Virus record (IMG/VR): IMGVR_UViG_3300032897_000003
Span: 14,930-78,929 of that record
DNA: 64,000 nucleotides
Strand: one strand, 5' to 3'
Source: a virus
The translations under genes were made by a program, and so were the position numbers. Shown piece by piece: positions 20,405-30,308 of the stretch. The notes under the pieces are model-generated. The model was not told where the DNA came from, made no database searches, and saw nothing but the letters and a program-made list of their open reading frames with translations. The first letter of the stretch is position 1. The number at the start of each line of letters is the position of its first letter.

Positions 20405-20784
20405 GCACACCGATCAACGACGTCTCGATATTTGGCCAGTTTCCAGCGCCGGGGCCGCAGCCGCCCGACCCAGGATCTCCCCCACAGGTCGACACCGGCA
20501 ACGGCGAAAAGGAAGCGTGGATGCGAGCCTTCCACGAGCTGGAGGAATGGCGGAGAAAGGCACGGGCACATCTGCTCGCGGCCGAGTTGGCGCGTCTGCA
20601 GGAAGCGCGATTGCGCGAGCTCGACGGGGCCAAGGATGGTCATGTGCTCGGGCAGACCTTCGACATCGTGACCACGCTGCTGCTCATCGGCAGCATGCTG
20701 CTCGAGAAGGAGCTCAGCCGGTCGCACGCCGCGGAAGCCTTCCAAGGCACCGAGATCGGCAAAATCCTGCAGGCGTTGGCGTAG
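20401..20784 (+). CDS. hypothetical protein
   Basis: Translationally coupled ORF. Confidence 0.55.
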   Translation: MSTPINDVSIFGQFPAPGPQPPDPGSPPQVDTGNGEKEAWMRAFHELEEWRRKARAHLLAAELARLQEARLRELDGAKDGHVLGQTFDIVTTLLLIGSMLLEKELSRSHAAEAFQGTEIGKILQALA

Positions 20785-20786
20785 CC

Positions 20787-21035
20787 ATGAAGACGCGCGA
20801 ACGACAGCGCACGCTGATGGCAGAGAAAGGCTACCTCACGATGGATGAGGCGGCGGAGTTGGTCGGTCTCACCCGGACTGCCATCAGTCTGTGGTGCTCG
20901 GATGGCAAGATCGAATCCACGAAGTTGGGGAAGCACCGCTACATCAAGCGGGACAGCCTCATGAGGCACTTGGGAGCCGATGCCACGCAGGCGCTCGGCC
21001 TCGTGGAAGCGAAGCCCGCCCGGGGAAAATCCTAG
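20787..21035 (+). CDS. excisionase-like HTH (HTH_17) DNA-binding protein
   Basis: YLTMDEAAELVGLTRTAISLWCSDGKI...GKHRYI. Confidence 0.8.
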   Translation: MKTRERQRTLMAEKGYLTMDEAAELVGLTRTAISLWCSDGKIESTKLGKHRYIKRDSLMRHLGADATQALGLVEAKPARGKS

Positions 21036-21069
21036 CGACTCCGACAATGATACTGGCCAGGAGGGATCG

Positions 21070-22056
21070 ATGAGCGACAAGACACTTGCGACCACCGCGA
21101 CCCAAGAGGTGGCGAAACCAGCAGCATTCTCGTTCGATGTCGATGTCCAACGCGTGATCGCTATTCGTCGAGCCGTCGAGGAGATCATCGAGAAGGTGCT
21201 CGTGGAGGGCGAGCATTATGGGGTGATCCCAGGAACGAGCCAGCCCGACAAGAAGCCCAAGAAGGCTCTGTTGCAGCCGGGCGCAGAGGTGCTGTGCCAG
21301 GTGTTCCGCTTTCGTCCGAAGTACGTTGTCGAGACGAAGGAGGAGCGCCCGGACTTCATCCTGCGCGAGTACCGGTGCGAGCTATACAACGTGGTGACTG
21401 GCGAGCTGGTCGGAGAGGCAATCGGCTCCGCCAATTCCCGCGAGGAGAAGTACCTCGTGCAGACGGCGGCGCGCCTCTGCCCGGTGTGTAACAAGCCGAC
21501 GATCATCAAGGGCAAGGACGAGTTCGGGGGCGGGTGGCTCTGTTTCGCGAAGAAGGGCGGGTGCGGGGCCAAGTTTGTCGACGAAGACAAGAAGATCCTC
21601 GACCAGACCGGCGCCGTCAGCTCGGACAAGGTGCAGAACCTGCACAACACCATCATCTCGATTGCGCAGAAGCGCGCGTTCGTGAAGGCCACCAGGACCG
21701 CGACGGCGACGTCGAACATCTTCACCGACGAGCCAGATGATGTTCACGGAGATGACAAGGACGCTGGCGGCAAGGGGTCCGGCCAACCGCAATCAGGGAA
21801 GCCTGCCACGTCGATCAAGGCTGACGCGACGAAGATCCGCGACCTGAACTTCGCCCTGCGAGACGCCGGGATCGGTCTCGCCGGCACGGAGAACATGGCC
21901 AAGGGGGAGAGGGATCCGGCCATCCTCAAGAACCGCCTGGAATGGATCAACGCCCGCCTGGAAGAGGCAGGCCAGACCAAGGTGTCCAGCCTGATGGACC
22001 TCACGCCAGACCAGGCCGACATGCTCATGGGCGAAGTGAAGAAGGGCGGCAAGTAG
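21070..22056 (+). CDS. putative single-strand annealing / recombination protein with Zn-finger insert
   Basis: HYGVIPGT..K.LLQPGAE.L and NTIISIAQKRAFV.A motifs; next to an exonuclease. Confidence 0.55.
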   Translation: MSDKTLATTATQEVAKPAAFSFDVDVQRVIAIRRAVEEIIEKVLVEGEHYGVIPGTSQPDKKPKKALLQPGAEVLCQVFRFRPKYVVETKEERPDFILREYRCELYNVVTGELVGEAIGSANSREEKYLVQTAARLCPVCNKPTIIKGKDEFGGGWLCFAKKGGCGAKFVDEDKKILDQTGAVSSDKVQNLHNTIISIAQKRAFVKATRTATATSNIFTDEPDDVHGDDKDAGGKGSGQPQSGKPATSIKADATKIRDLNFALRDAGIGLAGTENMAKGERDPAILKNRLEWINARLEEAGQTKVSSLMDLTPDQADMLMGEVKKGGK

Positions 22057-22059
22057 TCC

Positions 22060-23115
22060 ATGGCGAAGAAACGAACGCGCCCGAGCAGCCTGCAAATGGC
22101 CGAGAGCTGCGCCCGAGCTCCGTACCTCTCGGCGAAGTACAACCAGTCGATGGAGAACACACGGTTCGGGGGCGACGTCGACCGTCAGGTGAGCACCCTG
22201 CTGAAGGGGAATCTGGACGACCTGCCGGAGGACCAGCCGATCCACCCGGAGACTCAGATCATCCTCAACTGGCTGGCGGAGAACTATCCTGCCTCCGACT
22301 GGGAGTACCACGTGCAGGAGAAGGTCACGCTGTTAGACCCGATGTCCAGCGCTGACCCGCCGGACGAGCTTACCAACGGCACGCCAGACCTGATCTGCGT
22401 GCACCGGACGGAGCCGATCTTCGTCGATATCGACTGGAAGTCGATCGGTCAGATGTGGGCCGCCCACCTGGCACCGCCAGACGAGAACCTGCAGCAGCTC
22501 TCCTATGTCGCCGGTTTCTGGCTAGCGTCGAGTCGCAAGTTCGAGTCGGCGAGGATCGTGCTCGCGTGCTGGGATGCCCGCGGTGTGAAGCCGCTTGAGT
22601 CGCAGCCGATCTTGGCCGACCAGCTCGGCGACATCGTGAGGAGAATCGCCGCAGTCCCCGGCATCGACCTGGAGGAAGTCCAGCCGGAGGCATCCGTGGG
22701 GGATCACTGCGACCACTGCTACCAGCGCATGCATTGCGATGCCCACCTGCTGCCGGCCGGCGCACTGGTGAAGGCTGGGCTGACGAGCGGAGAGGCTGCC
22801 GTCGCAGGATTCGAGGAAGCTTCTGGCCAACTCGACGCTGAGAGCGCTGTGCGTGCCCTGGCCTGGATGGAACAGGCGAAGCGCGTGCTCAAATCGGCCC
22901 AGGGGATGGTCGATATCGTCGAGGCGAACGTCAACGCCTATTCCGTGCGTGAGGGACCAATCGTTGCCGGGGAGATGGCTTATGGACCATGCCTGTCAGC
23001 TGGGAAACGCATGGGGGCTACCGTGGCCACGCTCGAGAAGGAGGGTCTGCAGCGGCTTATCCGGCCGGGCAAGCCTGGCGTGCGGTACAAATGGTTCCGG
23101 AAGTCCGATCTGTGA
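22060..23115 (+). CDS. PD-(D/E)XK exonuclease (Cas4/RecB-like)
   Basis: GTPDLI, DIDWKS, QQLSY, GDHCDHC..C. Confidence 0.75.
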   Translation: MAKKRTRPSSLQMAESCARAPYLSAKYNQSMENTRFGGDVDRQVSTLLKGNLDDLPEDQPIHPETQIILNWLAENYPASDWEYHVQEKVTLLDPMSSADPPDELTNGTPDLICVHRTEPIFVDIDWKSIGQMWAAHLAPPDENLQQLSYVAGFWLASSRKFESARIVLACWDARGVKPLESQPILADQLGDIVRRIAAVPGIDLEEVQPEASVGDHCDHCYQRMHCDAHLLPAGALVKAGLTSGEAAVAGFEEASGQLDAESAVRALAWMEQAKRVLKSAQGMVDIVEANVNAYSVREGPIVAGEMAYGPCLSAGKRMGATVATLEKEGLQRLIRPGKPGVRYKWFRKSDL

Positions 23116-23165
23116 CGTCGGGCAAACCTGACCGCAGACGACAATAATCCAGATCGAGGACACAC

Positions 23166-23456
23166 ATGCCACAGCAAGGTTCACTTTTCGAAGCTGAGTT
23201 CGTCAGTCAGAACCCAGCTCGCAACGAACAGACCAGGTCGGCGATTGTCGAAGTGCAGAACTACATCGTCGAGAAGGTTGCGGAGCGACATGGGGGGTAC
23301 GCGCCGGTGCCGAACGATCCGGTGTTCACGGCCGTCGAGTGCCTGACCCATCTGGTTGGTGGGCTGATCGCCGAGAACCGCTCGCTCCACGAGAAGATCG
23401 CCAACATGGACTTGCGTCTGCGCGGGCTCGATAACAAGCGACCAGCGACATCGTAG
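23166..23456 (+). CDS. hypothetical protein
   Basis: GAGGA RBS, downstream of a motif copy. Confidence 0.55.
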   Translation: MPQQGSLFEAEFVSQNPARNEQTRSAIVEVQNYIVEKVAERHGGYAPVPNDPVFTAVECLTHLVGGLIAENRSLHEKIANMDLRLRGLDNKRPATS

Positions 23457-23458
23457 CA

Positions 23459-25066
23459 ATGAAGATCATCTACAACGACCGCCAAATCACCCTTGCCGAG
23501 TTTTCTAACCTGCCGCCCGAACCGATGGAGACCACCATGCCCAACGACCCCGATATCAAAGTGACCCACCTGCGCTTCCGCGACTTTCGCGGCATCAGCG
23601 CTCTTGACCTGGACATCCCTCCGAGCGGCGTGGTGTTCAGCGGCACAAATGCCGCCGGGAAGACCAGCGCCCTCATGGGGCTGCGAGCCGCGTTCGAAGC
23701 GATTGGCATTGGCCCGGACGCAATCCGGTTCGACGCTGACAAGTTCGAGCTGGTCGTCGACACGAACCGATTCCAGGTGCGGCGGGTGACGACTCGCAAG
23801 AGCACGAGCAGCGAGATGCTCGGCTCGGACGGCGTGCCCATCCCGCGGGCGAAAGAGCAGATGCGCCAGATGCTCGGAGAGGACAGCCTCGACCCTCTGA
23901 AGCTGTACCTGTCAGACGCCAAGGATCGGCGGAAGCTGATTCTATCCGCGTGTCCAGTGCAGATCACGGTCGAAGATCTGAACGGCTGGTGCGAAACACA
24001 GCAGGAGTGGAACACCGATGGCCACGGGCAAGAGGTGTTGTCCCGCGTGCGGCAGATGTTCTTCGACAAGCGCACGAACGCCGGGCGAACGGTGGACCAG
24101 GCGAAGGCCGTGATGGAAGTAAAGCAGCGTGATGCAGACGCGATCCGCGTGACCGAGAAGGTCGACCCTCCGGAAGTGGTTCGCACGCACGTCGCCGCGA
24201 TCGAGCGTGATCTGGCGGTGCTCAGCGAGCGCAAGCGGGCGGCGCTCGAGCAGGAGGAGGCCCTCGCATCTACCAAGGTCAGGATTACCGAGATTCGAAC
24301 GGCGATCGAAACGCGGATCCTCTCTCAAGAGAGGAAGCCAACCAGTGACGAGGTGGCCGAGGTCGATGCCAGGGTTAATGCGGCGGCCAAGCGTTTCGAG
24401 GAGGCGACCAGGGAGCTCGAGGAGGCAAGGAAGGCGCAAGCTTCGCTAGACGACCGACTGAAGATCGCAGAGGATCAGCAGAAGGACATCGACAGCCTCA
24501 TGTCGCAGGCCAAGGATCTCGAAGCATCAGTCGTCAACGTGCAGTCGGAGTGGAACCCGGAGTTTCACGCTCACGTCGTCGCGGACAAGGAAAAGGATCT
24601 GGAGCAGGCGAAGGCCAACGTCCAGATGGCAGAGAAAGCTCAGCGCCACAAAGCAGCGCAGGCAGAGGTAGAGGAAGCCGAGCGCACATACCGGGAAGCT
24701 GAGTCGGCCTGGGCGAAGCTCGACCGCATCGTCAAACGCCTGACCGAGGAAGCGCCTGCCGTGCTGGCCAAACGGTCGAACCAGATTCCAGGCCTGGAGG
24801 TCACGCCTACCGCCATCTTGCTCGACGGCAAGAACATCGACCTGCTCAGCGGGGCAGAACGCATGCGGCTGGCCGTGGAGGTGGCCAAGCGAGCAGCACG
24901 CAAGGCGAAGATTCTCACCATCGACGGTCTCGAGCAGCTCGCCCCGTCGAACCAACCCGAGTTTGTGCGGATGTGCCTCGAAGGTGGGTACCAGCTGTTC
25001 GCGACTCGGGTCGCTGACGGAGCCCTCGACATCGTCGATTGCTACCAGCTGGCGCACAAGGAGTAG
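23459..25066 (+). CDS. Rad50/SbcC-like SMC-type ATPase
   Basis: Walker A GTNAAGKTS, coiled coil, signature LSGAE, Walker B ILTIDGLE. Confidence 0.85.
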   Translation: MKIIYNDRQITLAEFSNLPPEPMETTMPNDPDIKVTHLRFRDFRGISALDLDIPPSGVVFSGTNAAGKTSALMGLRAAFEAIGIGPDAIRFDADKFELVVDTNRFQVRRVTTRKSTSSEMLGSDGVPIPRAKEQMRQMLGEDSLDPLKLYLSDAKDRRKLILSACPVQITVEDLNGWCETQQEWNTDGHGQEVLSRVRQMFFDKRTNAGRTVDQAKAVMEVKQRDADAIRVTEKVDPPEVVRTHVAAIERDLAVLSERKRAALEQEEALASTKVRITEIRTAIETRILSQERKPTSDEVAEVDARVNAAAKRFEEATRELEEARKAQASLDDRLKIAEDQQKDIDSLMSQAKDLEASVVNVQSEWNPEFHAHVVADKEKDLEQAKANVQMAEKAQRHKAAQAEVEEAERTYREAESAWAKLDRIVKRLTEEAPAVLAKRSNQIPGLEVTPTAILLDGKNIDLLSGAERMRLAVEVAKRAARKAKILTIDGLEQLAPSNQPEFVRMCLEGGYQLFATRVADGALDIVDCYQLAHKE

Positions 25067-25083
25067 GAGACCAACACGGGCTG

Positions 25084-25495
25084 ATGCTCAGCCGTCGCAG
25101 CACCCTCAAACGGTACACCACACTTAGGCGAGCTCGCCCCATCAAGCGAGTCTCGCCTAAGCCTCGTTCTGGTGGAGAGCCCGAGCGCCGCGCCTGGATT
25201 CGGTCCCTCCCATGCTGCGCCCCTGGCGCCCCTTGTGGCTGCTACGGGGCATCCGACCCGCACCATGCCGGCAGGAAGCCAGGCATGCGCCTGAAGGCCC
25301 CAGACGATACGGTAATCCCGCTGTGCCGGCAGCCTGTGCCGGCAGCACCACACCGACGTTGATGCCTTCTCGGGTCCCTTCCGCGGCTGGACCGGGGAGC
25401 AGTTGCGGGCCTGGCAGGACGAAAGGATAGCGGAGTACCAAGAGCGATTTCAGCGTAGGAAAACCGTGACGTTCCCGACAATAATCCCGGTATGA
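25084..25495 (+). pseudogene. DUF968/Ref-like HNH-fold gene frameshifted by a 13-bp tandem duplication
   Basis: WIRSLPCC...DPHH...IPLCRQ; CTGTGCCGGCAGC occurs twice (25321-25346). Removing one copy restores PLCRQHH and an ORF ending at an ATGA overlap at 25492-25495. Confidence 0.75.
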
Positions 25496-25719
25496 AACGC
25501 ACGCGACACTTCGAACCTCCAGTCCGCCACATCTACACGCCACCCAAGACGGTAAGCCAGCGCCAACTGCTACTCGATAGGAAGGCAGGGCTCGAGCTGG
25601 GTATTCGAGCAGCAAAGAAAGCCGCCAAGACCGCCGGTACGGTGGCCGACGTGCGTGTGATGAATGACACACTTCGGTCAGTGAAGGAAAAGCTCGCCAA
25701 GCTCGGCCCAGTCTCTTGA
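25492..25719 (+). CDS. small basic hypothetical protein
   Basis: ATG 6 nt after a CGACAATAAT motif. Confidence 0.5.
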   Translation: MKRTRHFEPPVRHIYTPPKTVSQRQLLLDRKAGLELGIRAAKKAAKTAGTVADVRVMNDTLRSVKEKLAKLGPVS

Positions 25720-25854
25720 CCGTCGTCAACCAATAGAAGTATCCGTAGCCATTGACAATTTGCGAACCGTGGATCCCGGGTATTGACTGCCTACGTGCAG
25801 TTACAGTACCGTAACGAATGCTCTCACGTGATGAACCAGGACCAGATAGTTTTT

Positions 25855-26112
25855 GCTCGTGCCCTCAGTGCTGCGCCTCCGCCGCTTGTCCTGGTACGTG
25901 TGAGCAGCGATCGTTCAGGCGTCGACGGCGTGGCCTTGAGGGCACGAGCTAGCGGCGGCTCGTCACCCGCCGGTCGGGCCGCCGCTGGCACGGAGGGGCG
26001 CCGAAATCGTAAAGTGGTACCGAGGGCGTGTCCGCTACGGTACAGGAAAATACAGGCCCGACGGCACCGAATGGAAGGCCTCGGGTTTCTTCCCGTCGGT
26101 CTCGGTCCTGTG
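25855..26112 (+). ncRNA. candidate structured RNA / leader upstream of the replication initiator
   Basis: Four consecutive long stems, several with G-U pairs. Confidence 0.45.
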
Positions 26113-26159
26113 GAAAGTGAGCGACTATAAGTGACCTCGCTCTGTTGGAGGTACACACA

Positions 26160-27146
26160 ATGACTGGCGAGCGACCACACGCCCCAGACGTGTCGATCAG
26201 CATGTCTCTGCACCTCGGGGACAGCATGCGCGAGACAGCGCATCTCTCGCCCGCCGAGATGGGGGCCCACATGCGCCTGACCATGGCGTCGTGGTCGCAC
26301 GGAGGATACCTACCGGCGGAGCCCGACCGCCTGAGGAGGCTGGCAGGAGTCGATGTCGATGATTGGCCCTCGATTTGGTCCGTGGTGCAGGAGCTGTGGA
26401 CAGTATCCGATGACGCAAGAATCTACCACCAGAGGACCCTGGAGGAGATTGAACGCGCTAGGGCAAAGAAAGCTAGCCACCAAGCTAGGGGAAAGCTGGG
26501 AGGACGGCCAGCTAAAGCTCAGCTTAAGTTGGAGGAAAGCTCAGCTTTAGCTGAAGGTAAAGCTAACAGCAAACCTAACGGTAACCTGTCGGCTAGCAGA
26601 TCAGCTCGTCCTGATGTGTCTCAGGATCGCGGCAATCCGGTAAGTAGTGAATATTCCACAGCCGAGGAAAGCTCAGCTTTAGCTGAAGGTAAAGCTGGAG
26701 GAAAGACGCCTCCGCCTCCGCCTCCGCCTCCGCCAGATCTTCAGAAAAGGGGATCCGGATCCCCTACGGTAGTGGTAGGTGATGGCAGTAGTACACAGCA
26801 CGTAGTACCAGCTGGGAAGTTGCGTCCATCGAACGCAGCCGATTTGCTTTGGTGTCTCCGGATCGCAATGGAGCAGCATAGGCCTGAGCTCGGGATGTGG
26901 TCTGGAGGCAAGTTCGCGCAGAAGGATGCCCGCGAGTTTCTCGAAGGCTTTGGAGGCAAGCTGGATCTCGACGAAATCGAACGGAGGATCGAGCTGTTCG
27001 CGAAAAACGACGACATGAAGCCGTGGACGATGGACAAATTTGTCAGGTGCTACAATGCCTTGGGGTCGACGGGAGGGACAGGCTGGTCATCGCGATCCAA
27101 GCCCGGCGTGAGCGACGCCATGAAACGGGAGTTTGGCCTTGAGTGA
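26160..27146 (+). CDS. replication initiator (DUF1376/YdaU-like N-terminus)
   Basis: TAHLSPAEMGAHMRL..SW..GG.LP....RL motif; poly-Pro linker; GGAGG RBS. Confidence 0.8.
   Translation: MTGERPHAPDVSISMSLHLGDSMRETAHLSPAEMGAHMRLTMASWSHGGYLPAEPDRLRRLAGVDVDDWPSIWSVVQELWTVSDDARIYHQRTLEEIERARAKKASHQARGKLGGRPAKAQLKLEESSALAEGKANSKPNGNLSASRSARPDVSQDRGNPVSSEYSTAEESSALAEGKAGGKTPPPPPPPPPDLQKRGSGSPTVVVGDGSSTQHVVPAGKLRPSNAADLLWCLRIAMEQHRPELGMWSGGKFAQKDAREFLEGFGGKLDLDEIERRIELFAKNDDMKPWTMDKFVRCYNALGSTGGTGWSSRSKPGVSDAMKREFGLE
26468..26696 (+). repeat. probable replication origin: AAGCT-rich iterons and a 33-bp exact direct repeat
   Basis: GAGGAAAGCTCAGCTTTAGCTGAAGGTAAAGCT at 26532-26564 and 26664-26696, inside the initiator gene. 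Confidence 0.7.
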
Positions 27147-27402
27147 CTTGGTTGAGCGGAAGAGGCTGTTCATCGCTGGCATGGCAGCCTTGGCCGATGC
27201 ATTCGATATCTCGCTGAGGGATGCGCGGGTCGCCGTCTACTGGTCAGTCCTTGGCCGATACGAGACCAGTGCGCTGAAGAAAGCCCTGCAGGAAGCGCTT
27301 GAGAACGAAAGCAGGTTCCCTTCTGTCGCCGACATCCGGAAGTACATCGAGCCGCTGCTCGACCCTCGGCATCCTCCGACCTCGTACAAAGTCCTCGGGT
27401 AA
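27139..27402 (+). CDS. helicase loader/inhibitor-like small protein (G39P-like)
   Basis: YWSVLGRY...RFPSVADIR; located between the initiator and DnaB. Confidence 0.55.
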   Translation: MSDLVERKRLFIAGMAALADAFDISLRDARVAVYWSVLGRYETSALKKALQEALENESRFPSVADIRKYIEPLLDPRHPPTSYKVLG

Positions 27403-27442
27403 ACAGGAGAGTATTCGCCAATAATCGCAATTCAGGACCGCC

Positions 27443-30121
27443 GTGCAGTACCAAGCAGATCTTGACAAGACCCCACCGCATGACCGAGCCGCAGAGCTCG
27501 CCGTGATCGGGTGCGCTCTGGTCACGCCAGAGGCTATCGTAGAGGTCGGAGAGCTGTACCCGACCGACTTTTTCTCGCAGGAATGTCAGGAGGCTTGGGG
27601 GGCGATCCAAGGCCTCGTCGGTGAAAGCTTGGCAGTAGATATCGTGACCGTTGGACAGCGGCTGAAGGACTCCGGGTGCGCGGATCGGTTTGAGGGCGGT
27701 TGGGCAACCTGGGCGGTTTCGGCGAGCTCGAATGTTCCAACCGTGCACAACGTGAAGCATTACGCAGACATCGTCCGTAACAAGGCTATCTTGCGCAAGC
27801 TGATCGCAGTGGCCATCGAGACGATGTCGAGAAGCTATTCAGGGGCGAAGGCCGAGGACGTGTTGCTCGACCTCACTTCAGCCGTGTCGGAGCTTCAAAC
27901 CAGGGCCACGAGCAAAGAGCCTGCGCTGCTGAAAGACGCCATTCCAGTCGCCATCGAAACCATCAGCATGAAGTGCGACCCGAGAAATCACAACGTGCTG
28001 GTGCGGACAGGAATAGCCCCCTTGGACGCACACATCGGAGGGTTGGCACCGGAGGAAATGGTTGTTGTCGCGGCCAGGCCTGGAGTCGGGAAAACGAGCT
28101 GGGCGAATGGAGTGGCTGAGTACGCGGCTGGAGTTTGCGGGATACCGACTCTGTACATCTCCGTCGAGATGTCCCAGCAGCAGCAAATCGAGAGGTTCAT
28201 TTCGATGGAGAGCGGGATCCCTGCGACGGCATTCCGCTCGGGAAGAATCGACGGGAAGACGCTGACCCTGGACCATCACAAGAAGGTCCTGCAAGTAGGC
28301 GAGCGGCTGATGAAGATGCCGCTCTGGATAGACGCCGAGTCGATGACCCTCGGGCGTATCTTGAGCACCTCTCGACGGTGGCACGCAAAGCACGCGGTTG
28401 CCTCCGGCATGAAGATTTGTCTCATCGTCATCGACTACCTGCAGCTCATAGCAATGCAGGCGCAGGAGAAGCCTATCCCACGCGAGCAGCAGGTAGCGAT
28501 GATTTCGAAGTCCTGCAAGTGGCTGGCGAAGACTCTGAAGTGCCCGGTGCTCGTGTGCAGCCAGCTCAATCGCAAGGTGGAGGAGCGAGGTGGGGAGCCA
28601 GTGTTGTCGGACTTGAGGGAGTGCCTTACCGGCGAAACGCGCATCTGGGACGCAGCTACGGGAGGGACGGTCTCCGTGCGCGATTTGTCAGCCGGCGGAA
28701 ATGCTCTCGTGTGGGGTATTCGCGACCGGTACCAGATCGGATCCGCAATGGTGAGTAAGGCCTGGTCGACAGGCGTAAAGCCGGTGTACCGAGTGCAAAC
28801 CGCCAGTGGCCGGGTGATACGAGCAACCGGGAATCATCCGTTCCTGACGGTTAGTGGATGGACGAAACTTGCCGAGGTGGCGCTCGGAGAGCGTATCGCT
28901 GTACCACGCTTCATCCCGCAGCATGCGTGTAAGTATAACCCGCACACCGTCGACCAGCTTCGTCTGCTCGGGTTCCTGATTTCCGACGGACACTATGGAA
29001 AGAACAGGTCGGTCGGATACGTGAAGGGAGACCACGTCCTTGTCGACGAGGTCCGGAGGATAGCGAAGTCCTCCTTTGGTATCGACGCCAAAGATCATCC
29101 CTGCCATGGAATCGCACAGCAGATCGAGCTCACCACGAAGCAAGCTGGCCCGGGGTGCAATCCGGTGATCAACTGGCTGAAGGCGCTTGGCGTTCACGGT
29201 CAGTTGGGTCCGAAAAAGCGGATACCAGAATCGGTGTTTACCTGCGACAATGACCATGTTGCGGAATTTCTGGGTGCACTTTGGTCAGGCGATGGCTCTG
29301 TGGTTCAGAGGAAGACGGGGGGATGGGTACTCAAGTTCGCATCGACCAGCAGAGGACTCCTGCAAGACATCCAGCGCATGCTGTTGCGCTTCGGAATCGT
29401 GAGCGTGTTGGGTAATCCAAGACGCAACAGCAAGTCGACGATGGACATAGCCACTGTCACGATCGGAGATGGGGATGCAATTGCCGCATTTGCAAGGCAG
29501 ATTAGGCTCCATGGTGAGAAGCAGCGAAAACTGGAGATTGCTGCCCAATGGGTTGCCAGCGAGCGCGAGCATGAAAATGCCAGGGCAGATCGCATGCCAA
29601 TCGAAATCACTGCTCATGTTTCGGCATTGAAAGAGAAGCGTGGATGGTCATGGGAAGAACTAGGATATCGCTGTCAGAAAAAGGAGATGAGCCGCGCTTC
29701 TCTGGGCAAAGTCGCTCGTAAGCTCGACGACGACAAACTGCTTGCCCTTTCCGATAGCGACATCCTGTGGGATCAGGTCGTGGCAATTTCCCCGGACGGC
29801 AACGAAGAAGTGTTCGATGTCTCAGTGCCAGCCATGGGGAACTTTGTCGCCGATGGCTTTTTTGTCCATAACAGCGGCGCCATAGAGCAAGATGCAGACA
29901 TCGTGTTCTTTCTGCACCGGTCGGAGGATGAACAGAGCACCGTCGAAGGCGAAGTCATCTCGTGGCTCATCGCCGGAAAGAACCGCAACGGCCCGGTCGG
30001 AAAGTACAAGATGAAATTCGTTGGCGGGCGGACGAAGTTCTTCGGTGCCGAGCAGGATGACGACGGGGCCCGGGACGCCATGGGCGATCCTGCCGATGAT
30101 CCACATTGGAGCGACAGATGA
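27443..30121 (+). CDS. dnaB: replicative DNA helicase DnaB, intein-containing
   Basis: PPHD.AAELAVIG, AARPGVGKT, VIDYLQLI, SQLNR, LSDLRE|...|SGAIEQDADIV. Confidence 0.95.
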   Translation: MQYQADLDKTPPHDRAAELAVIGCALVTPEAIVEVGELYPTDFFSQECQEAWGAIQGLVGESLAVDIVTVGQRLKDSGCADRFEGGWATWAVSASSNVPTVHNVKHYADIVRNKAILRKLIAVAIETMSRSYSGAKAEDVLLDLTSAVSELQTRATSKEPALLKDAIPVAIETISMKCDPRNHNVLVRTGIAPLDAHIGGLAPEEMVVVAARPGVGKTSWANGVAEYAAGVCGIPTLYISVEMSQQQQIERFISMESGIPATAFRSGRIDGKTLTLDHHKKVLQVGERLMKMPLWIDAESMTLGRILSTSRRWHAKHAVASGMKICLIVIDYLQLIAMQAQEKPIPREQQVAMISKSCKWLAKTLKCPVLVCSQLNRKVEERGGEPVLSDLRECLTGETRIWDAATGGTVSVRDLSAGGNALVWGIRDRYQIGSAMVSKAWSTGVKPVYRVQTASGRVIRATGNHPFLTVSGWTKLAEVALGERIAVPRFIPQHACKYNPHTVDQLRLLGFLISDGHYGKNRSVGYVKGDHVLVDEVRRIAKSSFGIDAKDHPCHGIAQQIELTTKQAGPGCNPVINWLKALGVHGQLGPKKRIPESVFTCDNDHVAEFLGALWSGDGSVVQRKTGGWVLKFASTSRGLLQDIQRMLLRFGIVSVLGNPRRNSKSTMDIATVTIGDGDAIAAFARQIRLHGEKQRKLEIAAQWVASEREHENARADRMPIEITAHVSALKEKRGWSWEELGYRCQKKEMSRASLGKVARKLDDDKLLALSDSDILWDQVVAISPDGNEEVFDVSVPAMGNFVADGFFVHNSGAIEQDADIVFFLHRSEDEQSTVEGEVISWLIAGKNRNGPVGKYKMKFVGGRTKFFGAEQDDDGARDAMGDPADDPHWSDR
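28622..29872 (+). mobile_element. intein with LAGLIDADG homing endonuclease in DnaB (417 aa)
   Basis: Starts CLTGET, block B ATGNHPF, LGFLISDG and FLGALWSGDG, ends FVHN before Ser. Confidence 0.95.
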
Positions 30122-30308
30122 CGCCACAAAGCCGCAAGCTCTGGAGGATCCACGACAAGGCCTTCCGCCAAGCCAAGGCAGATGGGGCATGCTTCGACTG
30201 CGCAACTGACGCCGGGTTCGCTGCGACGGATACCGTCGCCGGACAAACGAGGGTGGCCAAGCTTTGCCCGAAGTGCACACGCAACACGAAGGAAAGGACG
30301 ACACCATC

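Noticed and set aside
22060-23115. Cas4 as evidence of a CRISPR-Cas locus
   Set aside because: It sits in a normal phage recombination module next to an SSAP-like gene and an SMC ATPase; no cas1/cas2 nearby.
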